From a virus: 64,000 nt of DNA. This document shows, in pieces, positions 51,068-61,159 of this stretch; the first letter of the stretch is position 1, and each line of letters opens with the position of its first letter. A program made the position numbers and the translations under genes. The stretch is taken from positions 32,001 to 96,000 of the IMG/VR virus record IMGVR_UViG_3300037083_000054, one strand, 5' to 3'. The notes beneath the pieces are model-generated. The model saw only the letters and a list, made by a program, of their open reading frames with translations. It was not told the origin of the DNA and made no database searches.

Positions 51068-51361
51068 ATGCAATTTGTGCCTGTCGCCGGTTATCGCGAT
51101 ATCATCGACCATGCCTTTCAGGTTCAGCGAGATTACTATGCTTGCGCGGGCGAAAACGAAAAACGTTTCTGGCTGGATCGGATGGAGCGAGCGGTCGCAG
51201 AATTGAAGTCCGTCGATTGCAAGCGGGCGAACGAGACCGATCGAACGCAGTATGCGAATGCGATTCGAACCAGCGATTTTATGATCCGGGAGATGCAGAA
51301 ACGATTTCAATCGTTTGACGCTCTGCATCAAAAGCTGGCGTTTGCGGGGGAATGGAAATGA
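51068..51361 (+). CDS. hypothetical protein
   Basis: TGATG coupling; MQFVPVAG. Confidence 0.5.
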   Translation: MQFVPVAGYRDIIDHAFQVQRDYYACAGENEKRFWLDRMERAVAELKSVDCKRANETDRTQYANAIRTSDFMIREMQKRFQSFDALHQKLAFAGEWK

Positions 51362-51568
51362 TCGTTCGTGAAGTCTTAACGTCTGATCGTGAGTTGAATA
51401 ATTTCGATTATTACAACGATGCGAAAGACACAATTGCATGGTTGAAAATGATGCTCGTGCGATCTGATGACGTCGCACTTAAATTATCGAGAGACAGATG
51501 TCGACATTGCCTTGAAGTGATTGAACAGGGATGGAAGAATTTCCGATTATTTTAAAAGGAAACTCGTA

Positions 51569-51865
51569 ATGAATTCCGGCGAAGTAGCCTATATCGCTTA
51601 CGAGAAGTATTTCGGTCGCACAGGTCGAGATTTTCACGACCCATCGACTCCCGAATCATTTCGGCAGGGTTGGCAACAATCGGCAGATGCGGTTGAAATT
51701 CCGCTGTTGATTGATATTCAAGAGTTGCGGGCCAAAATTGCGGAACTGGAAAAGAATCTCGTAGCGACACGGATCGCAACCCATCTCGCCGCTAATCATC
51801 ACGTAATTTCCGATCTCGAAAGGCGATTACGAGACGAAGAGGCGATTGACTGTCAGTCGACATAA
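51569..51865 (+). CDS. hypothetical phage protein
   Basis: AAGGA RBS; SGEVAY and LRAKIAELEK motifs. Confidence 0.55.
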   Translation: MNSGEVAYIAYEKYFGRTGRDFHDPSTPESFRQGWQQSADAVEIPLLIDIQELRAKIAELEKNLVATRIATHLAANHHVISDLERRLRDEEAIDCQST

Positions 51866-51942
51866 AATACGGTTTCTCGTGATCCGTTCGCCAGTTTCTT
51901 GCGTTATCAAATCGGGACAATCAATTTCATGAGGGGAAAACA

Positions 51943-53538
51943 ATGCAACCGACAATCCAAGTGTATGCCGATCGAGATTACGATCAGTTCGTCGGACGAC
52001 TTCAGTCCGAATTCGTGGCGAGAACGAATAACGGGAAAGAACCTCTCTTTACGACTGCATTCGACAATCTGTTCGAACTCTATCTGAACGCGATTCCAGA
52101 ATCTGAACGTCAGTATCACAACTGCCATTGCTGTCGTCGATTCGTCAATGAGTTCGGCGGACTGGTGACGATTGATGACCACGGCGATACCCATTCGGCA
52201 TTCTGGACTTTGACGGATATTCCGCACGAATTGCGGGAATCTGTCAAAGCGGTCATCGATGTGGTCGAGCGAGCGAAAGTGGCGGGTGTCTTTCTCTCGC
52301 CATCGCCAGTCTACGGAACCGCCGTTTCCTTCGATGGGAAGAAGAACAAAACATGGCATCATCTGTCGATCATGCCGCCGGGTGCGATGCGATTTAAGGA
52401 CAGTCTTCAAACAGCCCATCAAGCATCGGCAGAAAAGTTGCAGGACTTTCTGATGGTGCGAACGGCCTTGATCGACTTCACGAAACAAATGCTCGAACAA
52501 GCGGTCAAGCTGTTGAAAACTGAGTCGCTGTATCGAAGCGAAAAACTGCTCGGTCAAGCCGAATGGTTGCTGGATCTGAAAACCAAGCCGATCAATCTGC
52601 TTTGGAAAGCCGTTGCGACCGCTCCCGCCGGGTTCTGCCATCCTCGTTCGTCGATGATCGGAACGCTTCTGGAAGATATCAGATCGGGTATGGAATTCAG
52701 TCAGATTGAAAAGCGTTTCGCGGCCAAGATGCATCCATTGCAATACCAGAGACCGCAAGCCGCTCCGTCTGCCGGGGCGATTGCGGAAGCGGAAAAGATC
52801 GTCGAGAAACTGAAAGCCGCAGGTTCGCTTGATCGTCGCTTCTGCCGTAGGGAGGAAGTTCCGGCGATTTGGATTCCGCACGAGGCGATTGAAGTCGAAA
52901 CGTCGGAAGGCGGTGTCTTCGGTCATTTGAAACCGAAGTCCAGTGAACCGCAAGTCACGGATCTTCGCATGCCACCGATTTCGATGACGTGGGAGAAGTT
53001 CCGCCGGACGGTGCTGCCTGATGCTGATCAAATCGAACTGTACTGCGATGGGTCGAGAAACAGCTATGGAGCACTCGTGACCGCAGCGAATCCCGATTCG
53101 CCGCCAATCCTGCAATGGGATTCGGAAGAGAATCGCAATCCGGTTTCGTGGTATCTGTGGCACGGCGGATCAGTTCCAGCACAGTATGGACTTTCCGGCG
53201 GTCGATTTAACAAGATCGAGAAGATTTGCTTGGGGCCGAACCAATGGCGGAACGAAGACGATTTCGCTCATCAGGGACAACGAGTCATTCTTTTGATCGA
53301 GGGAGCCAAGGAAACGAAGATGGCCGGAAATGCTCTGTTCCCAGAAATCATGCGATCCGAGTTTCATGGCATCCGCAGCGTGATTGAAGCGTATGCTCGA
53401 TCGGCGAAGATTGCAGGAATGGAATCGCCGCATGCTTGTGGTTTGATTTTGGCCAAAGGAAATGACACGTGGGATGCTCATTTGCGAGTGACGTCCAAGG
53501 GATTGAAAACGGAATACAAACTCGACAGATGGGACTGA
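51943..53538 (+). CDS. conserved phage hypothetical protein (HNCxCC motif)
   Basis: 531 aa; RQYHNCHCCRRF, MIGTLL, P.QYQRP, RNPVSWY. Confidence 0.8.
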   Translation: MQPTIQVYADRDYDQFVGRLQSEFVARTNNGKEPLFTTAFDNLFELYLNAIPESERQYHNCHCCRRFVNEFGGLVTIDDHGDTHSAFWTLTDIPHELRESVKAVIDVVERAKVAGVFLSPSPVYGTAVSFDGKKNKTWHHLSIMPPGAMRFKDSLQTAHQASAEKLQDFLMVRTALIDFTKQMLEQAVKLLKTESLYRSEKLLGQAEWLLDLKTKPINLLWKAVATAPAGFCHPRSSMIGTLLEDIRSGMEFSQIEKRFAAKMHPLQYQRPQAAPSAGAIAEAEKIVEKLKAAGSLDRRFCRREEVPAIWIPHEAIEVETSEGGVFGHLKPKSSEPQVTDLRMPPISMTWEKFRRTVLPDADQIELYCDGSRNSYGALVTAANPDSPPILQWDSEENRNPVSWYLWHGGSVPAQYGLSGGRFNKIEKICLGPNQWRNEDDFAHQGQRVILLIEGAKETKMAGNALFPEIMRSEFHGIRSVIEAYARSAKIAGMESPHACGLILAKGNDTWDAHLRVTSKGLKTEYKLDRWD

Positions 53539-53541
53539 GGC

Positions 53542-53811
53542 ATGCGAAAATATTTGTCTGGATTGCGACAGATCATTTCCGAGATGGATTGTTGGATTGC
53601 CTTTGGATTCTGGTGTGGACTGTTCAATATGGCGGTCAGTGCCGCTCTGGGTCGTTGGCTGGAATCTGTTGCATGGTCATCCTCTGTTGCTGCCTGCTTC
53701 GTAGCAGCCTGTCAATTTTCCATGAAAAATATTCGCAATGAAGCGATTCAAGAAGCATTGAAAACCGGCGATCTTGATGCAATTCGCCAAGTGACGGAAT
53801 GGCCGCTTTAG
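53542..53811 (+). CDS. small membrane protein
   Basis: Two hydrophobic segments. Confidence 0.45.
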   Translation: MRKYLSGLRQIISEMDCWIAFGFWCGLFNMAVSAALGRWLESVAWSSSVAACFVAACQFSMKNIRNEAIQEALKTGDLDAIRQVTEWPL

Positions 53812-53823
53812 GAGTAAATTGAA

Positions 53824-54450
53824 ATGCAAAAAACACGAAAGATGGTGGAGCTTGAGAGTCTGAAAAACGCTTCTCACAATCCGCCAAATCGAATCACGAA
53901 AGCGAATATCCAATCGCTCGCGGATTCCATGTCTGTCATCGGACAATTGTCTCCGATCATCATCACATTGACGGATGAGATTATTGACGGGCATCGTCGG
54001 GTTGCTGCCGCGAAGTTTCTCGGCTGGTCTGAGATCGAGGCGAACATCGTCAAGGATCTGGACAAGAACTTCGCCTATGGAACGGCCAATGCGACATCTC
54101 GAAAGCTGTCTGGTTGTGATGCCTTATATGTTTATCTCGAACAGCCGGATGCCGTCGTTCGCTCGACACGGCTGAAGTTCGATGAGATGGTCGAAGTGCT
54201 CACGCGACCTCTGGTGAAGAAGATTTGCAAGTCCGGAAACTCGTGGCGAATCTATGTCAATGCAAAGCAAGTCGCGAAGTATGTCGACGACGAAAACCCT
54301 GAGACACTGAAGGCCATCGTTGAGTGGTTGCTGGCGTTTCCAGTTCAAAGGACGGTGATTCAGGCAATGGCATCTGGTGAGTCCCCGCGAACAATTCTGA
54401 ACGCCATAACGAATGGCAAAGCGATCAAACTGAAACTGGCAATTGTGTGA
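53824..54450 (+). CDS. ParB/Srx-like N-terminal domain protein
   Basis: LADSM..IGQLSPIII...IIDGHRRVAAAK.LGW..I. Confidence 0.85.
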   Translation: MQKTRKMVELESLKNASHNPPNRITKANIQSLADSMSVIGQLSPIIITLTDEIIDGHRRVAAAKFLGWSEIEANIVKDLDKNFAYGTANATSRKLSGCDALYVYLEQPDAVVRSTRLKFDEMVEVLTRPLVKKICKSGNSWRIYVNAKQVAKYVDDENPETLKAIVEWLLAFPVQRTVIQAMASGESPRTILNAITNGKAIKLKLAIV

Positions 54451-54461
54451 CAGAGTGACTG

Positions 54462-54899
54462 ATGAGCAAAGCAATGACAAATCTCGCCGCATTACGAAAA
54501 CTCGAAGGGCGTCCGATCGTCATCAATATTTTCGATGATCTTCGTCATATCCGAGATTTGGTTGAATATGACAGCCCGCTCGTTTCGGAGTATGGCCGAT
54601 TTGATGGCGAGCGATTCCTCTTGTTTTGGTGCGACTGCGATGACGACTTCCACCGATGGATGCTCGTCCGGCAAGACACCGTATGCATCGAGAGTTTTGT
54701 TCAAGGTAAGATCCCGCTCGATTATCTTGTCAAAGGATGTTCTGATTCGTTCGTGACGTTTTTCGATTGCACAAGGAATCCTTCACAGTCCATGCACATC
54801 GTAGAAGTCCCGTTTCATAAAATACCAGACGACTACTTCCCGGATGACGGCCTGCTTTACGAGGATATTTCGGACAAGTTTCCCAGCCCTGATAAATAA
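54462..54899 (+). CDS. hypothetical protein (DUF6575-like)
   Basis: YDSPL, W.D, RWML, IPDDYFP pattern. Confidence 0.55.
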   Translation: MSKAMTNLAALRKLEGRPIVINIFDDLRHIRDLVEYDSPLVSEYGRFDGERFLLFWCDCDDDFHRWMLVRQDTVCIESFVQGKIPLDYLVKGCSDSFVTFFDCTRNPSQSMHIVEVPFHKIPDDYFPDDGLLYEDISDKFPSPDK

Positions 54900-54913
54900 G
54901 CCGCTTATTTATC
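54891..54913. repeat. palindrome, copy 4 (23-bp extended)
   Basis: GATAAATAAGC-C-GCTTATTTATC. Confidence 0.9.
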
Positions 54914-55069
54914 GTACGCTGATTCTTGTCTGAAAATTTCCATCTTTCCTGATTCGGAGAAATCCTTTACACTTTTCGGTTAATCGGTTCAAGCTCGTGA
55001 AAACAGCCCGCAATCCTTTGGATTTGGCGGGCTGTTCTGTTTTACAATCCACAGAAAAGGACTTCTGCC

Positions 55070-55546
55070 ATGACCGCTCCCAATGTGATTTCTCGCGATG
55101 GCTCTGACATCAGCGGCCCCACGGCGAATGCTCCCACGAATCAGGTTCCGGGAATTTTCTTCTACGATACGACTCTCGATATTCCCAAAGTTGTCAATGC
55201 GGCGGGGGTGTGCGTTCCTGTGGCCGCGAGTCTCGGCGGACCGGGGGCCATCACGGCGGCGGCTGGCAGTAGCTCCACGACAGCGGGCGTGCTTCCGGCA
55301 GCAACTGCGGCGGTTTATCCCGTCTCGGCCTCGGATGGCACCAAGGGCGTCATCATCAATGCGGCGGACAATATTACCGGTCGACTCATCCGATTGATCA
55401 ATCTGGTTGCCGGTCAACCGATTATTGTTTACCCACCCAGCGGCGGCACGATCGACAACGGCTCGGCGAATGCGAGCTATTCCGGGACAAGCGGAAAAGG
55501 CATCCAGCTTTATTGCGAAACGCCCGGAACATGGTTCGTGGTCTAA
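55070..55546 (+). CDS. putative virion structural (fibre/decoration) protein
   Basis: G/A/T/S-rich beta-strand composition; AAGGA RBS. Confidence 0.55.
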   Translation: MTAPNVISRDGSDISGPTANAPTNQVPGIFFYDTTLDIPKVVNAAGVCVPVAASLGGPGAITAAAGSSSTTAGVLPAATAAVYPVSASDGTKGVIINAADNITGRLIRLINLVAGQPIIVYPPSGGTIDNGSANASYSGTSGKGIQLYCETPGTWFVV

Positions 55547-55582
55547 TAGTTCTGGCGAGCCAGTTTGCTTTTGATTATAATG

Positions 55583-55611
55583 CCCGGCTGGAGTGAACAG
55601 CCGGGTTTTTT
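55583..55611 (+). terminator. intrinsic terminator
   Basis: CCCGGCTG / CAGCCGGG followed by T6. Confidence 0.8.
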
Positions 55612-56440
55612 CATGGACGAATCATGCGAGAATGTCTCTCGTGCGGCAGGGAATTGCCAAAGCCGATTATCGCGGGAGTACCATCCGGCGTTGATTGTTG
55701 TTTTCGTTGCTGGCATCGTGTGCCGATTGCCGAGAGACTGAAAATCTCGATCGCTGTGCGTGATCGACAGTTTGGCGGTGTTCTGAGTGAATTGGCCAGC
55801 GTTGCCGGGGCTTTCCAAGAAATCCAGAAACGGGAACTCGACTCATGAATGAAACCATCGACGACGATGCCGACGAAGAAATTGACTGCTATGGCCGAGC
55901 CATCAATCAAGAGGAAGTTTCCGCACGCGACGAACGCGACCATCAGCGTTATTCGCGCCGGGACGGGAGCACCGCAGGGGCCGCGTATCCAGTGACGGTG
56001 ACTTGCGACGAAACGCCCCCGGGGAATGCACCGTAATCACTCGCCCTGTTGCGAAGTCCAGCACGTCATAAACAATCCGCGACTTCAATTGCGGACCGCC
56101 CATGAAGTCTCGCCACGGTGTTCGCGGGAGAGTCCGAATGCCGATCAATTGCACGTCGACGACTTGCCCTTGAATCTTCATGCGATATCGTTCCATGACT
56201 TTCAGATCGGATTTCGTCAGTTTTGGGTCAGATGCCATATCATTTCTTTCTCTCAATGCCTGTAAGATTGCACCACAAATTCTAGCGAGATTGTCAAAAG
56301 AAAAAACACGTCTTGCGTCGATCGTGAAAATTTCGTAAATCATTGTCTCCTGCCAACGATTGGCATGCCGAGCTTGTGAGAACAGCCCGTGACTCTCAGA
56401 AATGAGAATCAGCGGGCTGTTATTTTTTCATGGACGAGAA

Positions 56441-58264
56441 ATGTCTCCCACGATGACCGCCCCGCCGATGCCGAAACAGACGCAACCGTCTGTGATGCCA
56501 TTGCCCGGCGAGGCACAGGGAGCGTTCTTCGATCGTGCATGGGTTGCTCTCGCAAAAAAGTTTCCTAAAGCGAATCGTCGGACGGTCGCCATTATCCGAC
56601 TCTGGCAACAGTCCGAAAATGATCAGGACTTGCGGAACGAGGCGAAAGAACGTTTCTCGCCCGACAAGTACACGCAACAGGGTCCACGCTGCGTCTTCCT
56701 CTCGCACACAATCCCGGAGATTGCCGAAACGCGAGACGAGACGACCGGCGAAGTGAATCCCGGTCGTGAGGGCACGGAATACAACCGCGAGAATTTGCAG
56801 CATCTTGTTGACTTTGCAAACTATCGAATTCGCAATGCGGGCCAGTTCGCCGCTTTGAGCGACGGGCACATGCCGACCTTGGAAGAGAAATCGACCGGTC
56901 GACCGGATGCCGAGGTTTTGGGATGGGCTGGTCCGTTCTACATCGGATTGTTTGGCAACGAACATCCTCAATGGGCCATCTTCTGCGACGAGTGGATTCA
57001 TAACGAGAATCTTTCGAAAGCGGAAAAACTCCAACGACGCTCGCCGGAAGTCTGGTGCAAGGAACCGATCGAACGCCGAACGATGGACCCGATTGCCATG
57101 CTCGGCAGTGAAACGCCCCGCCTTGATAGTGGCATGAACCTTTATTCAATGCGAGCGGACGGCCAAGAGGTCATGCGATATTCGATGTCGATGGCCATGC
57201 CGAACGCCGTGAACTCGTATGTGCCTGGATCGGAAACGGGCAAGAAAACCAACTACGGAGCCAATATGAACGATCTGCAACAGCCTGTTCCCGCTGGTCC
57301 TGCTCCCGATACGAACAGTGAAACGCCCGACGAAAACAAGGCTCTGGTCGATGCGATCATTGATGCTCTCGGCGGACTCATGCCTTCGATCGTCGAAAAG
57401 GTTTCGATGGCCATGCGTCAAGGCTCGGGAAACGATCCGGATGCCGTTCCGTCCGACAATGAGAATCAAGACACCGAACCGGTTGAAGGGAAAGAAGCGG
57501 TTCCTCGTGGAATTGATTCACCCGAAGGCGACGGGATGGCGAAACAGGCTCCCGGTCAAAACGCCCCTCCGACTCCTGCACCCGCCGCGACTCCGGGTGC
57601 TCCCGCGGCGACAGGCGGACAGCCCGCGGCGGTCGCTCCCGCTCCTCCTCTCGACGACAAACATGCTCAATACGCGGCGATGTCCCCCGAATGTGGGGCG
57701 GCGTATGCGGCAGGCCATCAATCTGGATGCATGAAAGGCAGACCAATGACTTATTCCAAAGTGTCAGAAGATCCCGAATTCGTGGCCATGGCCGAAGCCC
57801 ACAAGGCCGCACTCACTCGCATTCACGACCTGGAAATGCTCCAGCGCGATAAAGAGCGATATTCGAAAGTGCATGCGATCGTGACGAATCACGTTGTGTG
57901 TGCCGAAGACGAGATCAAGGCGAAGGAAGACGAAATCCTGACGGACATTCTGCCGGTCAGCGATGCCGAATTCGATCGCTATTGCAAGGCTCTCTCGCAA
58001 GCTCCGGTTCGCGAGAAGGAAGTCACGAACTTCGAGCTTTACATTGATCCGACCGACACCCAGACCGAGAACTACTCGCGAGCCCACGGCCTGACGGTCC
58101 GGGCTTCGAAAGAGGACATTGACCGGTACACGCGGCAAGCCGCCGATATGGTCGTGACAAAACGTCGACGGGGCGAAACGACCGATATCGACACGGAAAT
58201 GAAAACGATTTTTCTGGCCAATGGTTTGCCAGATCCCACGTTGGTCGGTCCGAAAGCCGCCTAA
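56441..58264 (+). CDS. prohead protease / scaffold
   Basis: DGH..., RRSPE, IAMLGSETP protease-like N-terminal domain; Pro/Ala linker; helical C-terminus; upstream of the capsid genes. Confidence 0.7.
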   Translation: MSPTMTAPPMPKQTQPSVMPLPGEAQGAFFDRAWVALAKKFPKANRRTVAIIRLWQQSENDQDLRNEAKERFSPDKYTQQGPRCVFLSHTIPEIAETRDETTGEVNPGREGTEYNRENLQHLVDFANYRIRNAGQFAALSDGHMPTLEEKSTGRPDAEVLGWAGPFYIGLFGNEHPQWAIFCDEWIHNENLSKAEKLQRRSPEVWCKEPIERRTMDPIAMLGSETPRLDSGMNLYSMRADGQEVMRYSMSMAMPNAVNSYVPGSETGKKTNYGANMNDLQQPVPAGPAPDTNSETPDENKALVDAIIDALGGLMPSIVEKVSMAMRQGSGNDPDAVPSDNENQDTEPVEGKEAVPRGIDSPEGDGMAKQAPGQNAPPTPAPAATPGAPAATGGQPAAVAPAPPLDDKHAQYAAMSPECGAAYAAGHQSGCMKGRPMTYSKVSEDPEFVAMAEAHKAALTRIHDLEMLQRDKERYSKVHAIVTNHVVCAEDEIKAKEDEILTDILPVSDAEFDRYCKALSQAPVREKEVTNFELYIDPTDTQTENYSRAHGLTVRASKEDIDRYTRQAADMVVTKRRRGETTDIDTEMKTIFLANGLPDPTLVGPKAA

Positions 58265-58323
58265 GTGTCTTCGGAACCTTCCCTCAAAAACAAACGCCAT
58301 TCCAACGCAGGAGACAGTAAAAC

Positions 58324-58737
58324 ATGGCCAACCAGTATCAGAATATGTGGGCGAACAGCACGATCCCGTGCTCTGTGATCCTTGTGCCCGACGCGACTCA
58401 CAATAACTCCGTCAAACAAGCCGTTAGCGGTGCGATTCGACCGAGCGGCATTTCGGTCAACTCGAACCGAACTCGCCCTGATCCCGATTTCTCGCTGACC
58501 ACGCAAGCCCAACAAATTGCGGCGATTGCTGGTGAAGAAGTTGTTGTCTGGGTCGATGGGGCGACAGGCGTCGACTTGGTCTGCAATTATCCGTGGCTCG
58601 CCGGTGATCTGGTGATGTCCGACTCGAACGGCTATGGCATCGAAGTGACCGCTGGAAACTTCTATGTCGCTCGTGCTCAGACGCCCGGTACGGTCGGAGC
58701 CTTGTGTCCGGTCGATATCGTGATTGGCAAGTTCTAA
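58324..58737 (+). CDS. capsid decoration/cement protein
   Basis: AGDLVMSDSNGYG motif; position before the MCP. Confidence 0.7.
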   Translation: MANQYQNMWANSTIPCSVILVPDATHNNSVKQAVSGAIRPSGISVNSNRTRPDPDFSLTTQAQQIAAIAGEEVVVWVDGATGVDLVCNYPWLAGDLVMSDSNGYGIEVTAGNFYVARAQTPGTVGALCPVDIVIGKF

Positions 58738-58836
58738 CAAACCTTCGCGGCATGTGACCGCAAACGACGACTCAGTGAGAACGGGTCGATTACCAGATGG
58801 TGATCGACCCTTTATTTTTTTCGAAAGGCAAACAAG

Positions 58837-59907
58837 ATGGCTCCCGTACTGAACAGAGTTCTGCCGAATCAGTGGAACGTGTATGTTCCGAACGCCAAGG
58901 AATCTGGCAACTTGTTTGTCGATTTCAGCCGCAACCCGGTTGACTTTAAAGTCAACCAATACTGTCAGCTTGTGCCCGTGCACCAAACGGTGGGGATTTG
59001 GTATCAGATGGGTCTCGATCAACGAGCACGCATCCTGGATACCGATGGGGCGAAGTATATGTTCCCGGACGGTGTTGACCGACCGGAAGCCCACGACCAG
59101 TCGGAATACTTTTCCGAACTGGGATTCCGCTGCCGCCGACGTTCGTACATGGACGTCATGGGCAAGATGATGAACGAACAGGCCGCATGGGATGAACGCG
59201 ACCGCCGAAGTCGCGCCCTCGCTCAACTCGCGATGACGTTCCGAACCCAACAGGTCATCACGAAACTGACCGATTCGACGCAGTATGCTTCGACGCACTA
59301 CTGGGACTTGTCGCAGACGAATCAGTTCACCAATCAGACGGGGAACTGGGCTCAATCGACGTCCGCTCGCGAAACGATCAAGAGAACCTTGAACGCCGCG
59401 AAACAGCAGATCCTGTTGGATACCCGAGCGGCGGTGAAGTCGAAAGACTTGCTGTTGATCATGGGTCCAGATACGGCGGCTCAGATCAGCGTGACGCAGG
59501 AAATCGTCGAACTTGTGAAGCAGAATGCGGGTGGAATCCAGTACCTGCAAAACAAGGGCGAGTACAAGAAGGACAACTACGGTTTGCCCGATCGGTTGTA
59601 CGACACGGAATACGTCATCGAGGACACGGTCATTGTGACTTCACAACGCGGTCTGTTGACGCAAACCGCTCAGTTCGTGCTGCCACTCGGCACCGTGCTG
59701 TTGGTGCATCGTCCGAATTCGCTGGAAGGCATTGAAGGGGGTCGAAGCTTCTCGACCGTCTCGATGCACATCTACCGAAACGACGACTTGACGCTCGAAA
59801 CCGATGCGGATAGTTGGAACCGTGTCGAACGCATCGCGGTCACCGACAACTTCGATGTCAACATGACGGCCCCTGTGACCGGCATGCTGATTGTCAATGT
59901 CTGCTAA
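58837..59907 (+). CDS. major capsid protein
   Basis: 356 aa; syntenic position; YGLP..L and VIED motifs; biased codon use. Confidence 0.8.
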   Translation: MAPVLNRVLPNQWNVYVPNAKESGNLFVDFSRNPVDFKVNQYCQLVPVHQTVGIWYQMGLDQRARILDTDGAKYMFPDGVDRPEAHDQSEYFSELGFRCRRRSYMDVMGKMMNEQAAWDERDRRSRALAQLAMTFRTQQVITKLTDSTQYASTHYWDLSQTNQFTNQTGNWAQSTSARETIKRTLNAAKQQILLDTRAAVKSKDLLLIMGPDTAAQISVTQEIVELVKQNAGGIQYLQNKGEYKKDNYGLPDRLYDTEYVIEDTVIVTSQRGLLTQTAQFVLPLGTVLLVHRPNSLEGIEGGRSFSTVSMHIYRNDDLTLETDADSWNRVERIAVTDNFDVNMTAPVTGMLIVNVC

Positions 59908-59925
59908 TTTTCTTGAGGATGCGTC

Positions 59926-60489
59926 ATGGCTGTGACCTCTTATGCAACCGGGTTAGATTTTCTAGCCCGGTATGACGCCAGACTCTTCGGGGATCTCGTC
60001 AGCGATGAGGGGTATCGCGTTCCGCCCAACGAATTGCCAACGAATACCAATCTGATTGCGGCCCTCGAAGACGCCTACGGTGAGATTGTTTCGACGATCG
60101 TCGTTGGCGGACGATATACGCTTTATCAGATTGATCCCGCGAATCTCAGCCCAGCCGCGATGTCTTATTTGGTGCGTTTGAATTGTGATCTGGCACTGAT
60201 CTTGATTAAGCGACGTCGAGGCGTTGTGAGTGATAAAGACAAGGCGATTATTGAGTCGGCTGCCAATCGCCTCAAGGCCCTGAAAGATGGAGCAGGTTAT
60301 TTGCTCTCCATCACCGACACAATGGCCGATGCCAGCGTGATGAAACTTGCCAATCCCTTGACGGTGATTCCCATTTGGCGACGCAATACGATCCGTGGGC
60401 GAACGCGAGAATACTATCCGAATTACCCGGTCGACCGTGGTCCCGGCTGTTCCAATACTTCAGGGCCATGTGGCCCCCCCTGTCAATAG
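59926..60489 (+). CDS. head-tail adaptor (gp36/DUF1320-like)
   Basis: SYAT..D, ALEDA..EI, RY, L.RL.CDLA, LKALKDG. Confidence 0.7.
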   Translation: MAVTSYATGLDFLARYDARLFGDLVSDEGYRVPPNELPTNTNLIAALEDAYGEIVSTIVVGGRYTLYQIDPANLSPAAMSYLVRLNCDLALILIKRRRGVVSDKDKAIIESAANRLKALKDGAGYLLSITDTMADASVMKLANPLTVIPIWRRNTIRGRTREYYPNYPVDRGPGCSNTSGPCGPPCQ

Positions 60490-60499
60490 GACTTGAAAC

Positions 60500-61069
60500 A
60501 TGACTAATATATTGCCGTTCCCTCTGACAGTGCCGTGCTTCGAAGTTGCGGGACCAACACAGATTTGGTGCAGCACCGGTTCGACGAATGCCATGCAGTT
60601 TTTGGGTGTCACCCGCAACGGGATTGAGATCAACGAACAAGCCTTCATTTCTGAATTGAAGTCGGATTATGGGGGCGGTGAACAGGGTCCGCCCACCGAT
60701 TATCAATATCTCGGCGAAATGCATTCGATCGTGGCGGAATTGGCTCAGTGGAATCCTGAGGTGCTTGCGGTTCTCGAAACTCGCGTGAATGCCGCGTATG
60801 CCTTGACACGAACCAAAGGGCAGTTGCTTCGTTGTTCCGGAGCGTACTTTCGCGTCCTGTTTTTGGCCGCGAACTTCGGTCGCAATTATACGAACGTCTA
60901 TATCAACGAACCGATTGCCTACTCGCCGGTCGGAACGCCTGCGACGTTCCCTCGCATCACATTTACGGGCTTGGAAGATTTGACGACAAATAGCAGCGGG
61001 GCCTATATCAATCCGAATGGTTCGCCGTGGAATGGAACATGGACGGTGTCTGGTTCGGTCGTGACTTAA
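60500..61069 (+). CDS. tail tube protein (putative)
   Basis: LGVTRNGIEI, D.GG..PP.D motif; precedes the chaperone. Confidence 0.65.
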   Translation: MTNILPFPLTVPCFEVAGPTQIWCSTGSTNAMQFLGVTRNGIEINEQAFISELKSDYGGGEQGPPTDYQYLGEMHSIVAELAQWNPEVLAVLETRVNAAYALTRTKGQLLRCSGAYFRVLFLAANFGRNYTNVYINEPIAYSPVGTPATFPRITFTGLEDLTTNSSGAYINPNGSPWNGTWTVSGSVVT

Positions 61070-61085
61070 TCGAATATGACTCTGT

Positions 61086-61118
61086 CAAGCCGTGATTGTC
61101 GTCACGGCTTGTTTGCTT
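61086..61118 (+). terminator. hairpin terminator
   Basis: CAAGCCGTGA / TCACGGCTTG followed by a T-rich tail. Confidence 0.65.
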
Positions 61119-61159
61119 TAGAATGACGTGTGAACTCTCTCTAAGACAAGGATGTCAAG

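Noticed and set aside
57540-57660. GC-rich Pro/Ala repeat
   Set aside because: A low-complexity scaffold linker, not a separate element.
58261-59550. 429-aa minus-strand ORF
   Set aside because: Antisense shadow of the decoration/MCP genes; no motifs. The same applies to 51907-53163 and 26975-27835.
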